64,000 nucleotides of DNA from Ylistrum balloti (lineage: Eukaryota). Below the pieces are notes generated by a model. The model was not told the origin of the DNA. It ran no database searches and was given only the letters and a program-made list of their open reading frames with translations. Every line of letters starts with the position of its first letter. The first letter of the stretch is position 1. This document shows positions 51,081 through 63,545 of the stretch, one piece after another. The position numbers and the translations under genes were made by a program. The stretch lies in NCBI RefSeq assembly GCF_031769215.1, contig NW_026782051.1:496001-560000 (forward strand), in the 5' to 3' direction.

Positions 51081-54000
51081 CAACTGGGAGCCCAATATAC
51101 ACCTGTTATCTTTATTTACCACTTTAATTCTTTACGTTCATCAAGAACGGAAAGTAGTGGAGTGGTAAATTAAGACCTGTATTTTAATCACATTGGAGCT
51201 TGGTTTAAACAAATTTGTTTTCCAGGCTTAGGAATATTAAAACTTTATGCTATATGTCTATAGCATGTATGATATCAGGAGATGTAGATATATATCATGT
51301 ACCGGAAACAAATAGGTCACCAATATGTGACCAAACAGAGAATTATACAGTGTATATCAGTATTTCTCATACCAGCAAAATAATTAGTGAATTAAAAATA
51401 AATAGACAGTCTGTAACTACGGACCATCTACAAGTTGAGCTCAATACCGTCATGATTTATATCAATACTACGGACGTTATCTTGGATAAGAAAAGTAGTT
51501 AGGGGTTATGATGAGATCGATAAAAATGTTTCACCTTCCTTCTTTTCCTCTTGTCCGCGTGTTTCCATACCGGGTTTGGGATACAAAGATTCGATGTTAA
51601 GTGAAGGGAAATACCAGTGACGAATCTCACTGCTTCACGTTGTGCTTTTTCTGTCAAAAGGAGACGTTCTTATTTATGTCACTGATACGATTAAAACCCT
51701 ACACAAACACAATTGCACAAAATAATAGCACTATTTGTAGGTAAGATACAATAGCGCCAAACAATAAATTTAACTGCATCATACAGCTGCCTCGTCTTTC
51801 TCTTGTCAGTGATGCAAAGGGCTCTATTATATCTCGTTCTGATTTCGCATGAAAGTATGTTATTCAATCTGTTGTTGTACAATTTTACTGAAAACGAAAT
51901 TTCTGACATTCTCATCTATTCTTGATATAGAAAATGCAACTGATCCTGATAGGACAGTGTGTGCTGCTGGCTATGGTCAGAACAGTATGGTCGCTCTACC
52001 TTTTTATTGTGTTGTTTAATAGCTCGATTAGAGAAGCTGCTTTCCTTTCTGATCGAAAAAAAAGTGAAAAAGTATTAGTATCTTAACATTACTTAGAAAA
52101 ATGATATGCCCAAACTCTCTCCAACTGCAGACCTATATGTTTACTTAGTTGTCTGTAGTATATGTCTTTAAAATCATGGAAAGATATATTTTTCAACTTT
52201 GCCAGAGAGAATTAATCTAGATAACTTTGCGAACATTTCACAGTAAACCAGTTAATATAATTGTACCATAACATTGTCGCTGCTGTTAATGATAATGATG
52301 CTGTATTGTGTTCTGTGACTTGTCAATGGTTTATGACAAAGACATAGAGGTATTTTGTTTAATCTATATCGACGACAAGTGAAACATGAAACTTCCTATC
52401 GCACAAAGAGGTCAAAGAGTGAGTGAAGTCACTCTGCAATATATCTAATAGAAGACATTAAGTGTATTTCAATTATTTTTTAAAGTTATCCAAAATTACT
52501 TATGTGTTTCAATTATCGTGGAAATATTTGTCGTATCCTATGGCTTTTATTAGGATTGGGTGCAGGTTTACATCGAATAGCACTGGTCCGCAACAGGCCT
52601 TTTTACAACCAAGCGCAGCAGTTCAAACAACATTGCAGGGAAATCAAAGAAAACACTACATCTCAACAGATTCCACTATTCAAACTCAAAGTCGATGACA
52701 CTAGGCCAAACATGAACAAAAGAAAGTTTACACGGAGACTCGTGGAAAAGTAATAAGCGACCATACTCATGCGCACATGTTTGGTGATATAAATCTGATA
52801 ACTGAATTAAAACATGTTCAATGATTTGAAATAATTTCGGAAAAAAAGTGCGAGTGATATTTTATTTTTGAACGTTCAGGTTTTTCTTTAACACGGAGAT
52901 TTCAATTATTTAAGCGATGGTTTCCTGTTGAGCATGACTTCATAGATACGGATCCTGAGGTGTTCATTACAATATTGGACACAAAAATCCCACATGAAGG
53001 AAGTTCATACCAAACGTATAGACATCTATATAGAAAATACATGGTCAGTATCTTAAAAGTCTTAAAATCGGGACAGATGCTCGTGAATTTTGTCTTTCTT
53101 CACCCTCGCCAAAATACAGCTTATATTTTTAAGACACTGACCATGTATTCTCTGTTTATATATATATGAAAAATGACAGATTATAGAAAGTTCTGGATGG
53201 TACATAAAACAAATATTATCGGACATACAGTCAGCAAATGTGGTCAGTACAGCTTATTTCAGAAACCAGTTAAGTCGCCAACACATGTTGTATAAAGGCA
53301 AAGATTTGACCTGTGGGTTTCTTGTGGTAAAAAAAGTCAGTTATCAATACTAGCCTTGCTTTAAAACATAGGCTGATATATGAATAAATGAATAAATGAA
53401 AGCAATTTCCGTACGTAACACATCTGATAAGTTCTAAGAAAACATTAAACAGATTAGTTTGTTCTGGGCGTGTGTTCACCGTTGGTAGCCTATCCACAAA
53501 ATGCTATCCGCCTTACGGGTCCGTTCTTAGCAGAGCGCATCCAAATTACAATTGTGCCCAACCGAAGGTTTTTTTATACGGTTAAATAAGTGAAGTCTAT
53601 ACATAGATACTCGTAACAAGTATTAATTGTTAGTGTATGTAGTCTACTGGCATGAAGACTTATAGTGCGTTAGGCATGAACTAATTGTGCACAGTCGCAT
53701 CCTATGCTTAAAAATGTAAGCCCTTATCATCGCTGATGAATGCTAGAAGGTCGAAACAGATGCAGTTTAATTCATTGATTGGCTCCACTGGGTCTAACTT
53801 AATTTGTAAGAGGTGTCATTTTCCTAATCTGTATTACTTTACACCAAGTTGTGTTTCTTGATTCCAATTCTGTATTCGAACCAGCCATATATGTACTCAA
53901 TATGAATCTGTACGAACGCGCCTTTTCATGATAATTTCGAGTTCCGGTTGAAGACTGGCCTAATAATAGCTGAACACGACCAGAGAATTACAGTTTTATG

Positions 54001-54947
54001 AAGGTATAAAGAAAGAACTGGGCCTCTTATTAAAAAACTGTTGTTTAACTGTAAACAACAAAATATTCCTTGAATGCTTTACGGTGATATCACCTCAGTA
54101 GAACTTTCCACAACACTGTTTCCGTTGTCAGATTCCACTAAGTCAATGGTCTGATGGTTGTTTTTGTTTCACATTATGTTTTCAGAATGGTGATATAACA
54201 GATAGTATCTTTATTAAAGGCATAGGGGGTTACTTACTAGATGCATTGCTTCTAATTAGATTATCTAAATGTCATATAATCAGGATTTTTCATAAGAGCG
54301 GATCGCCGGCCAATTTGACCCGTTACTTTGATCATTTGGCTGCCTACACCAATCCAGTTCCGTAATAATGTTCTGTACACAACTACACGTACACGGCAGG
54401 CCAGCCTCCTACTTTCACTACACAGCCTACTACTAACAAAATTATGGAAAACCCTGTATAATGCATTATTCGATGAAAGGTTCGGCAGGGGAAACAACCC
54501 TGTTTATGCTTATGCATTTGAGGGAAGTTATAACATTTGCACTGCGTTGAGTAATCAATTAGTTGCTCAATAAAAGGTATTCTGCCACAATTCCTGCTAA
54601 TTACCAGGTAAATATGAAAAATGTTTTTATTTGGAAATTTGATAAAAATATGAATTATCAGGTATTATGGGGTATATATTTATATACATGTAAAAAACTG
54701 TATAGCTAAAGAATTGTAATGTGAGAAAAAAATGAAATTCAGTAATACGTACCCTTAGATATGGGTAATTGATATTTTATGAAAGGTCACAGATTAGCAT
54801 TTTCAATGGATCAGTTAAAGATTTTGATAGAGTGCTTTATATTGTTATATGAATGAACCCTATACATATGTAGAAACAGGTATATGAAATATCTAAGTAT
54901 CATTTTTGCCAATTTTTTTTTATTCTAGACACTGATTTTCTTACAAG

Positions 54948-55868
54948 ATGGAGTTCCAGTTGAATGAAGAGGGCACATTTCCATCAACGCAGATGATAAC
55001 AGAGTTGGCTAGACAACAGCTCACCGCAGAGTTGTTGTGTACCAATTCTACAGAGGTGTCCTCCTCCTCAAGTACAACACAAGAGACTTGTACAACACAA
55101 ACAATTGTACACAAAGCCATCAAGTCTAATAATAAAGAAATTGTTTGTGATATATGTGGTAAGATCTTTAGTACACCACGGAAACATAAACTTCATATTA
55201 AGACACATTCTACAGAAAAGCCATTTAAATGTGGGGTTTGTGGAAATGGATTTAAGTCCTCAGGAGACCTCAAGAAACATCTCATGATTCACACTGGAGA
55301 ACGCCCGTTCACGTGTGATATCTGTGGGAAGAGTTTCTCAAGGAAGGGCACTTTGCAGAGTCATGAGATGACCCATGGAACATATAGAGCGTACAAGTGT
55401 GACATTTGCGGCAGAGGATTTGGACAGAAACGGGCATTACTGGTGCATAACAGAATTCACACTGGGGAGATGCCATTCAAGTGTGACATTTGTGGAAAAG
55501 GATTCCGACAGTCAGAGTGTATGAAGCGACATATTATGATCCATACAGGAGAACGTCCCTATGATTGTGACATATGTGGAAAGAGTTTTACTCAGGCTGG
55601 ACACATACGATCTCATCGAAGGACACATACTGGTGAGAAACCCTATCAGTGTGAACATTGTGGCAGGGGATTCAACCATAAAGATGGGCTTAAGCGCCAT
55701 GTGCGAATTCACACCGGTGAGAAACCTTACGCATGCCATATTTGTGGGCGTGCTTTCACTCAGACTGGGAGTCTAAACACACATTACAAGGTACACAGAG
55801 ACAAACCAAAACCTACTAAACCAGACCTACTTGTACCTATAATGTACTTACAAAAGGAATCCTCTTAG
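54948..55868 (+). CDS. C2H2 zinc-finger protein, 8 tandem fingers (intact coding exon)
   Basis: 306-aa ORF after a polypyrimidine acceptor, with 8 CxxC..HxxxH units and TGE(R/K)P linkers; no lesions. Confidence 0.9.
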   Translation: MEFQLNEEGTFPSTQMITELARQQLTAELLCTNSTEVSSSSSTTQETCTTQTIVHKAIKSNNKEIVCDICGKIFSTPRKHKLHIKTHSTEKPFKCGVCGNGFKSSGDLKKHLMIHTGERPFTCDICGKSFSRKGTLQSHEMTHGTYRAYKCDICGRGFGQKRALLVHNRIHTGEMPFKCDICGKGFRQSECMKRHIMIHTGERPYDCDICGKSFTQAGHIRSHRRTHTGEKPYQCEHCGRGFNHKDGLKRHVRIHTGEKPYACHICGRAFTQTGSLNTHYKVHRDKPKPTKPDLLVPIMYLQKESS

Positions 55869-56754
55869 TTACAGAAAAGTATAAAAATCAGTGTTGTAAC
55901 TTGTTTTGACAAAATCTGAATGGTAATTTGGTATCTAATATTAAAGATATTATTTCTGCTTCTCGGTAGTATGACATTGTGATATTGTATAGACATAATG
56001 CATTATAGATATATACTGTATAATTACCACAATAAGCATTTACCACCAAATTTTATTTTACAATGAAATGGTGGAGTACCATATTTTCGTAGGTTATAAG
56101 TCATACCTGTATATAGGCTGCAGAGCCATGTTTTAGCAATTTTTTTTCCATTTGATCCACATATTAGACACAAGAATATGAGCTTCATCCTTTCTGATGA
56201 TATGGTAACCATTATTTTGACCAAAATTTGTTGATAAAACAGACAACGGAAGGTAATTAAACAAGAGCATCGGTCAAATTAATGAAGTTTGCAAATGATT
56301 TATGCACAAATAAGCCGCTCATAAAATAAGCAAACATGGTGGTCCTTCTACAAGTTGACCTATCACTCGATGACCTGTCTGTCCAAGGTGCAATAGTCTA
56401 TTGTAAACTTCTACCATACCTTCAAGATGTTATTGTGATTCATATTAAAAGGTACATTGTATAAAAATATTAAATACACTAGAACGTTATATTTTTTGCA
56501 ATCTTCAAAACTTCCTGTATACAATCACAAAGGACAGTTGTACACAATCCATCTCATTCACAAACACATGATGGGCAGGTACTTGTACAAAAGCTTTAGT
56601 CTTGTAGTGGTACAAAATTTTATATTTTTTCATCCACATATAAGCAGCACCGGTATATCAGTCGCACGCTTGACTGGCGTTGAAAAAAGTTGTGACTTAT
56701 AATCTGGAAAATATAATATCCAAGTTGTAAAGGTTGTAGTTTACTTTACTTTTG

Positions 56755-56758
<4 letters not shown>

Positions 56759-56785
<27 letters not shown>

Positions 56786-56786
56786 T
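56759..56786. repeat. (AT)n microsatellite
   Basis: Direct reading. Confidence 0.95.
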
Positions 56787-57454
56787 TCAGTCAGGTTCTA
56801 GGATTAGATACATTATAGTAATCTAGATTGTAAAAATCTTACTTGGAGTATTTACATGATGTATTTCACAAATTAATTGATATTTACCCATGAAATCAAC
56901 AATAATAAATCCACCATAAAAGTGAATGATTTTACAGTATTCTCAGATTTACGTTTCACACCGATAACAAGATGTACCATTTATATACATTATTTGTGTA
57001 ACTAGTCTGATTTGTGTAACATATGTGCCACATTTTGTACAGCCAAAAAGACCATAATTCTGGTTCCTAACATAACCTATCCTGACTGTGTTCTTTCAGT
57101 AGATTTCAAGGAGTTTTAATGGACTCAATAATTGACAAGGTTATTAGTTCCCTACCCTATAAAAAACAAACTATTTTTTTGCATACTTTCTTAAAAAAGA
57201 TAATGCCAAACAGCACCATCTATATAAATCCAGACAGTGTAATAGCTTGCTGGGGCTGGTAGAAGGCATGTATTGCTTTATTATCATGCTTGTTGTAAAT
57301 ATTTCATAAAAAATACATAAGGTTGTTGGTTTTTGTTTTTTCTCTAGATAAAGTGACTTCCTTAATTGATATCTTTTGTTCTGGTTGGGTTGATTAGAGA
57401 CCTAGATAGAAATTTTCTATTAAGGTCTCTGGTTTGATTAGCCAAATAATGCTA

Positions 57455-57600
57455 AATACTTGTGTTCAATCTTTGTCGGTGGCATTAAAGTTTAAATTAT
57501 ACTAAATACTTGTGATAATTTTTTGTCTGTGGCATCAAAGTTTAAATTACACCGGATACTTGTGTTAAATCTTTGCCTGTGGCATCAAAGTTTAAACTAA
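57455..57600. repeat. About 50-bp tandem repeat x3
   Basis: Units such as ATACTTGTGTTAAATCTTTGTCTGTGGCATCAAAGTTTAAATTA. Confidence 0.8.
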
Positions 57601-58540
57601 ACAGAGGTCATTTAATTGTGAAGGTTTATTTTTTGATAAATTATCCTTATGACACACAGGTAAATGATCACAGAGAAAATTCCCAACCCCATGATTAATG
57701 AACAATATTTTGGAGTAGAATTTATGCCAAAATCATGTGTTTGTCTTCCTGTTTTACATTATAGAAATATTCAGATTGAATCGATGTCTGACTATTTCGG
57801 TATTAACTTTTGTAAGAGGGAGTTTATGTAGAAGTTTTGTTAATGAGTATATCTGATTGGTTTGTTATCTTGTTTACTTGATTCTTACAAGTATATTTTA
57901 TGGTAAAATAAATTGTAAACTTTCATTTAAAACTGAAAAAATAATGAAATTTTGTGTTTAACAGAACATAAAGAAGTAGACAATAACTTTTAAATCATAT
58001 ATACTTTTGGTATCTGTAACTATCATGTGTATGTTTGGTTTCTGTGTCCATCAGCTGGCTTCTCACATGATTTTGATCACATTCCCCAATACCTGTTGTA
58101 CTGTATCAATGTCTTACATTAAATTTCATATGTGTATGTACATATACACACTAGTGTAATGATATGTGTCTTTGTTTGTACTTGTGTTGTAATGAAATAA
58201 ATATTAATATAATTTTTGTGTTTGGTATACATGTATCTATATACGTTGTGTTTCATTCATTCATTAGGATACCTACAATGTATTACATGATTTTCCATTA
58301 TTAGGCCAAAACAGTTAATAGATCATGTACACTAGGTCTTATAAACAGCCAGTGTCATTTAAGAACATGGCAGGTGTAAGTGTAAGGGGAAAGCCAAAAG
58401 CTCTATAGAAAAAAAACAACTGGCCAACGACTCCGTGACATGAAGAAAGAAGCTATATAGTGATAAAAACAGATGCCTAAACCATCGAGCACTGACGCCC
58501 CTACAGCAAGAACAAGAACTGGACAGATATATATAAAACA

Positions 58541-59185
58541 ATGACTGCTGACGTCACGTTATTACAACAATGATAACAAGCAATGGTGTGAGACAATGAC
58601 TGCTGACGTCACATAACCACAACAATGATAACAAGTTAGGACACAGAACAATGACTGCTGACGTCACATAACCACAACAATGATAACAAGTAAGGACAAA
58701 GAACAATGATTGCTGACGTCACATAACCACAACAATGATAAGTTAGGACATAGAACAATGACTGCTGACGTCACGTTATTACAACAATGATAACGAGCAA
58801 TGATGTGAAAAAATTACTACTGACGTCACATAACCACAACAATGATAACAAGTTAGGACACAGAACAATGATTGCTGACGTCACATAACCACAACAATGA
58901 TAAGTTAGGACATAGAACAATGACTGCAGACGTCATATAACCACAACAATGAGAACAAGCAATGGTGTCAGACAATGACTACTGACGTCACATAACCACA
59001 ACAATGAAAACAAATGATGGTGTAAGACAATGACTTCTGACGTCACAATACCACAACAATGATAACAAGTTATGACATAGAACAATGACTGCTGACGTCA
59101 CAATACCACAGTAATGAGAACAAACAATGGTGTAAGACAATGACGAATGACGTCACAAAACCAAAATAACGAGAACAAACATGGA
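58541..59185. repeat. 55-bp minisatellite, 12 units, with a TGACGTCA core
   Basis: Units start at 58541, 58596, 58651, 58706, 58758, 58813, 58868, 58920, 58975, 59030, 59085 and 59140. There are two tail variants. Confidence 0.95.
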
Positions 59186-61879
59186 TATAAAAACCAATGA
59201 CGACTCCCAGATTAACTTCGGTTGGTGGCGCACATTCATTAATGCCAATTTTCATGTCGCTTACGATGTATCGAGATAAGGGGCTAAAACATCGATTTAG
59301 CAAATCATTTGAACTGGACACGGTAACATGCAAGATTGGTGTCAACGTACCGTCCAGACCCCTATATACTACTGGACACTGCTGTATTTTCATTTTGCCG
59401 GTGAGCGAGACGGACAGTTTTTCTTGTAACAGCTGTATTTTTTTAAATTTCTTTGTTACTCAGCTAAAAGCACGACATTGGGCTACAAGGCAGTTCTCAA
59501 TAAGATTACTTTTTTGTAGCATTAATACTTTATTCTGGCAGTGATAAGAAATAGTAAATAACGTGTTACGATGAAAAGACATGCTAATTAACAATATTCT
59601 AGCAAGTTCCTAATGATTTTGAGGAGTTTCCTTTATATCCAAGTCAGGGTTCTTTTCTTAAACTCACTACCTGACAATGGTTGGCTGCTCAAATTGTCAT
59701 GCAGTTTCTTAAGTACTAGGTGGAAGTTTCTCAAAAACATATAAAGATGCATTTTTGAGTCGGATTTAAAAGATAATTGTGACAAGTGGCAATCTTGGAT
59801 TTTGACAACAAAAGTTTGTTACTGCTTGTGGAGTACTCGCTAGGCCTTTCTCAAATTTTATATGTAGACTCCCACTAGTTCCCTGTGGTGCTGTCTAACT
59901 TCTGATTGAAAATCTTGAATGTTTTATTATTTCTTCTGTGTAAATCGTTCTCTGTTTCCGGATGTAGGCTATCCTTGGTCCCTTCTTTTGCAATTCATTT
60001 TGTGTCTGATCAGAAAGGTCTCGGTTTTTTGTTTTTGTTTCTATATGGGGGTCACCTATCTCTACTTTTCAAATTCGGTAGCCTTTGTCCCAATTACACG
60101 AAGTTGTACATTTTTTCCTCTTTTGCACGGGACTTCCGCATATTATTCCGCCTGTTCTAGTTTCAGTTAGTTTTTTAATCAGTTTAAGTATCTTGTGAAC
60201 GATATATTTTAGAAAAATTCAGAGTATTATTAGTATAGCTGTAGATGAACTTGTACTTCCAAATATCACAATATTCGTAATGGAAGTCGGCAGCTAGAAG
60301 GACGAAAAACCTATAGGATGTAGTTTGTGTTTTATTTTAACATATAATAATTGGTTTGTATTGAAAGTTGTTATTATATTCACCTTGTGTCTTTCCTTCC
60401 TTCCTTTTCAAGGATACTGGTATATGAAGACTATGAGATAATTGTCTCACGATTTTCACGGCATGGAGGGAGTTTCCTTATTTAATATTAATATCAGTTT
60501 GGACTGGCGAGGATTAACCAGGCGGTTGTCGTCGATAAGGACAATTACTCAAATGGAATTACTGTATTTATTCTTTAATACGTGTTCAAGGATCTTGTAA
60601 AATTTTCTTTACTGATGTTTTGTTCTCGTTTTATACTGACTTTGATGCAGTGTTGGTATATGTACATAACCTGATTTTTTTATAACGTTATGAGTCAAAT
60701 CCAGCATACATTCACTGTAATATGCCGACAGAACAGCAATCTTTTGGACGGGATAGTACATCTATACAACCTAATTTAAAGGCCAAAGTTTTCAATTTCA
60801 GTACACCACATACAATGGGCCCTTTGTACGTCAACTTAGCCAGAATAAAGCGGATAAGGATGTCCTGTGTGACACATAGCGACGGTTATATAATTACGAC
60901 AAATGATACAGTTAGTGGTATTAATTTGACCATATTAACATCCCCACTAACCTCGGTCACATCGTGTACTGTGTGTCTTTCCGCTCACTCCTTATGTGTA
61001 TATTTAGTTTCTGGGAAGTATCTCATTGTTGTCGGTATTCATTTATTCTGTATACATTGAAAGTTGTACAGTGCCAATTTTCATCACATTTTTTGACTAG
61101 CGTGGTATTTTTTTTTACTTTTCGGTGTCCTTGTCAATATCAAAACATTTTTGTCAGTGATTTGCCAGGGCATATACCTTTTGCGAACCACGCATTCTTG
61201 GAACTATTTCATCAGGATCGATTTTATGTGGATCTTGTCCCTTCTTCTTTTTGTGACACTGTTTTCCAAAGAAATATGATTAATGGTGTGTAGATTTAAA
61301 AAATCCAAAGAGCTTTCGACCAATCTTGAGCACATTCTTCAAAACATAATTCTACTACAACAGATGATTTTCCCACTGTGTACACAACCTTACACTATAC
61401 AAAGCTAAAGGAATGCTTTTGCCCCCTTTTTGAGTTTTGTGACGGACAAACTCGTAAAACGATTTCGAAAGACGTAGGTTGGTGATAATTATGGGAAAGG
61501 TTTACGATCGTCATAGAAATCTTCTCATTGAGAAATGTTCCGCTTCTTTGTATAATATGAAGCTAGACGTATATGATGCTCGTTAGTTTGCCTGCTGGTT
61601 CCGTTGTTATATACCCTGTTCTCATTTGAGAACGTGACATAACTTACATGGATTGACCAAGGTTTACATGGCGGGTGTCGTCGATGAAGCAAAAGACGTT
61701 TACTCTTCCGGAATACCTGGTCTTCTTCTCTTTATATTTTTCAGGACTCCAGGCTTCTCCGTGTAAATATTTCTTTTGTTTATATTATGCCCTAGTTTCA
61801 TCAAATTTTAGTTTATATTGTGATCCTGTTGACTTGTTGGTATTTTCTTGTTGTTTTTCAAAGAACGGTGATGGACAGT

Positions 61880-62110
61880 ACAAGTATATGGTTGTGAATT
61901 GTACTGACATTTATTTCGTGAAAATACATCTAAATCAAAGAAGAATAATTAAATTTCTGGTTGACAATATTTTCGTTGAGTTTGTTAACAAGGTCTTCCA
62001 ACAGGCTGTTGGTATACCTTGGGAACTCACTGTCCCCTTCTATTGGCTGACTTGTTCTTGTTTTCACGCGAGGCTGAATTTATCGAAGAGCTTATCAAAA
62101 GAGGTCACAC
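61880..62110 (+). mobile_element. Penelope-like RT fragment
   Basis: IKFLVDNIFVEFVNKVFQQAVGIP; same family as the 38.9-39.4 kb fragment. Confidence 0.65.
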
Positions 62111-63000
62111 AGACCTTGAGCATTCCTTCAGTTTCACATTGCAAATGTACTGAATACTTAATCACTGCATATCATTCCTTCAGTTTCACTAACGTTGCAA
62201 AAGTACTGAATACTTAATCACTGCATATAACACCTATTTTAATATATAAACTAGCTTAATGTTAGCTATGTGTCTCTAAAGCTGTGATATTTTGTGTGGA
62301 GATCTTGATATTTCAGTAGCTGGAAAAAAGTAATGCTTTGTTAATCAATGCCTACAAAAATTCTTTCACAAAAATTATATTTTTTTATCTAGAAGTATTT
62401 TATTCGTCACTAAACAAAATGGATAGGGACAAATTATCCCAACATAAAATCACTTTTTCAAAATTATTTCATTAAACATGTTATATGACAGCAATAAAAG
62501 TACAATCAATGAAATATTTTAAACAGAGGATTAAGGAGAAAGGAAAACGACAAGGATGTTCCGGATAAGGGGTTGAAAAGATTGGAGAAGTTCTAAACTC
62601 TTAACATCTCCATGGAGACGGCCACCAAAATAAAACATCAACAAAATATCAATTTTTGATTTTCTTACAGGACCTTGCTTGGGATTCTTACGACACGTTT
62701 CAAGTCATCATCAGTCAATCTCCTTTTTACGATGACTTGGTCACATGACAGAATCGTATGACGTCACAATAATGTATTCATAATGTAATGAAGAATCAAT
62801 TACATGAGGATAACGCCCTTCGTAGGTGTGTTGGAGTGATCCTGTCTCGCAAACGCGAGAGGGGCCTTCTATATCTTCGTGTGAGGAGCGCCGACGAGAT
62901 CAGTGACGCCACAATCTCGTTACTCTTTCGAGAGGGGAGTCCTTGAACAAGGTAGACATACGAGATAAGCGGTCTTGAAGTACGAGCTTTAGTCCTATTC

Positions 63001-63188
63001 TCACATGAGCGAGACGTCTTTTAATTGAATTTGTAATATGATATCAATAGCTGCACTGAACACCACCTGAATGTTGTTTGTGTCGGTAGCGCACGTGAAG
63101 TGAGTGTACACCTCCTTGTCTTTGTTTCGGTTTAGCTTCTCGTACTTTTTTCTCACAAAACTAGCGGCCTGCTCGAACACATTTTCAC
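63001..63188 (-). CDS. Last coding exon of a heterotrimeric G-protein alpha subunit (Gi/o-like body, Gv-like tail); the rest of the gene is beyond the window
   Basis: After the acceptor TTTCACAG: GENVFEQAASFVRKKYEKLNRNKDKEVYTHFTCATDTNNIQVVFSAAIDIILQIQLKDVSLM*. It contains the G5 motif TCATDT and helix alpha5. Confidence 0.95.
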
Positions 63189-63278
63189 CTGTGAAATATA
63201 GTAATGAAATCACTTTTCATTGAGAAAACATTAGGCAACATGATAATGTGATAATCGATATTCCAACAATAATAAATA

Positions 63279-63545
63279 CATTGACTAGAAATTTGCTTTA
63301 GTGACAAAAACACGTCTCCCTACATTAACTAGAAATTTATTTTAGTCACAAAAGCTCGTCTCCCTATATTAACTAGAAATCTGTTTAGTCACAAAAGCTC
63401 GTCTCCCTATATTAACTAGACATTTGTCGTAACAAAAGCAGGGGTCCCTCCATTAACTAGAAATTTGTTTGAGTAGCAAAATACGTCTCCCTCCATTAAC
63501 TAGAAATTTGTTTTAGTAACAAAACGACCTCTCCTTTCATTAGCG
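63279..63545. repeat. About 43-bp minisatellite x6 in the G-alpha intron
   Basis: Unit ATTAACTAGAAATTTGTTTTAGTCACAAAAGCTCGTCTCCCTAT with variants. Confidence 0.9.

Noticed and set aside
58541-59185. CRISPR-like appearance of the regularly spaced conserved motif
   Set aside because: The intervening sequences are homologous to each other rather than unique spacers, no cas genes are present, and the DNA is eukaryotic.
62120-62230. About 50-bp direct repeat
   Set aside because: A simple local duplication at the end of a PLE fragment, with no further structure.
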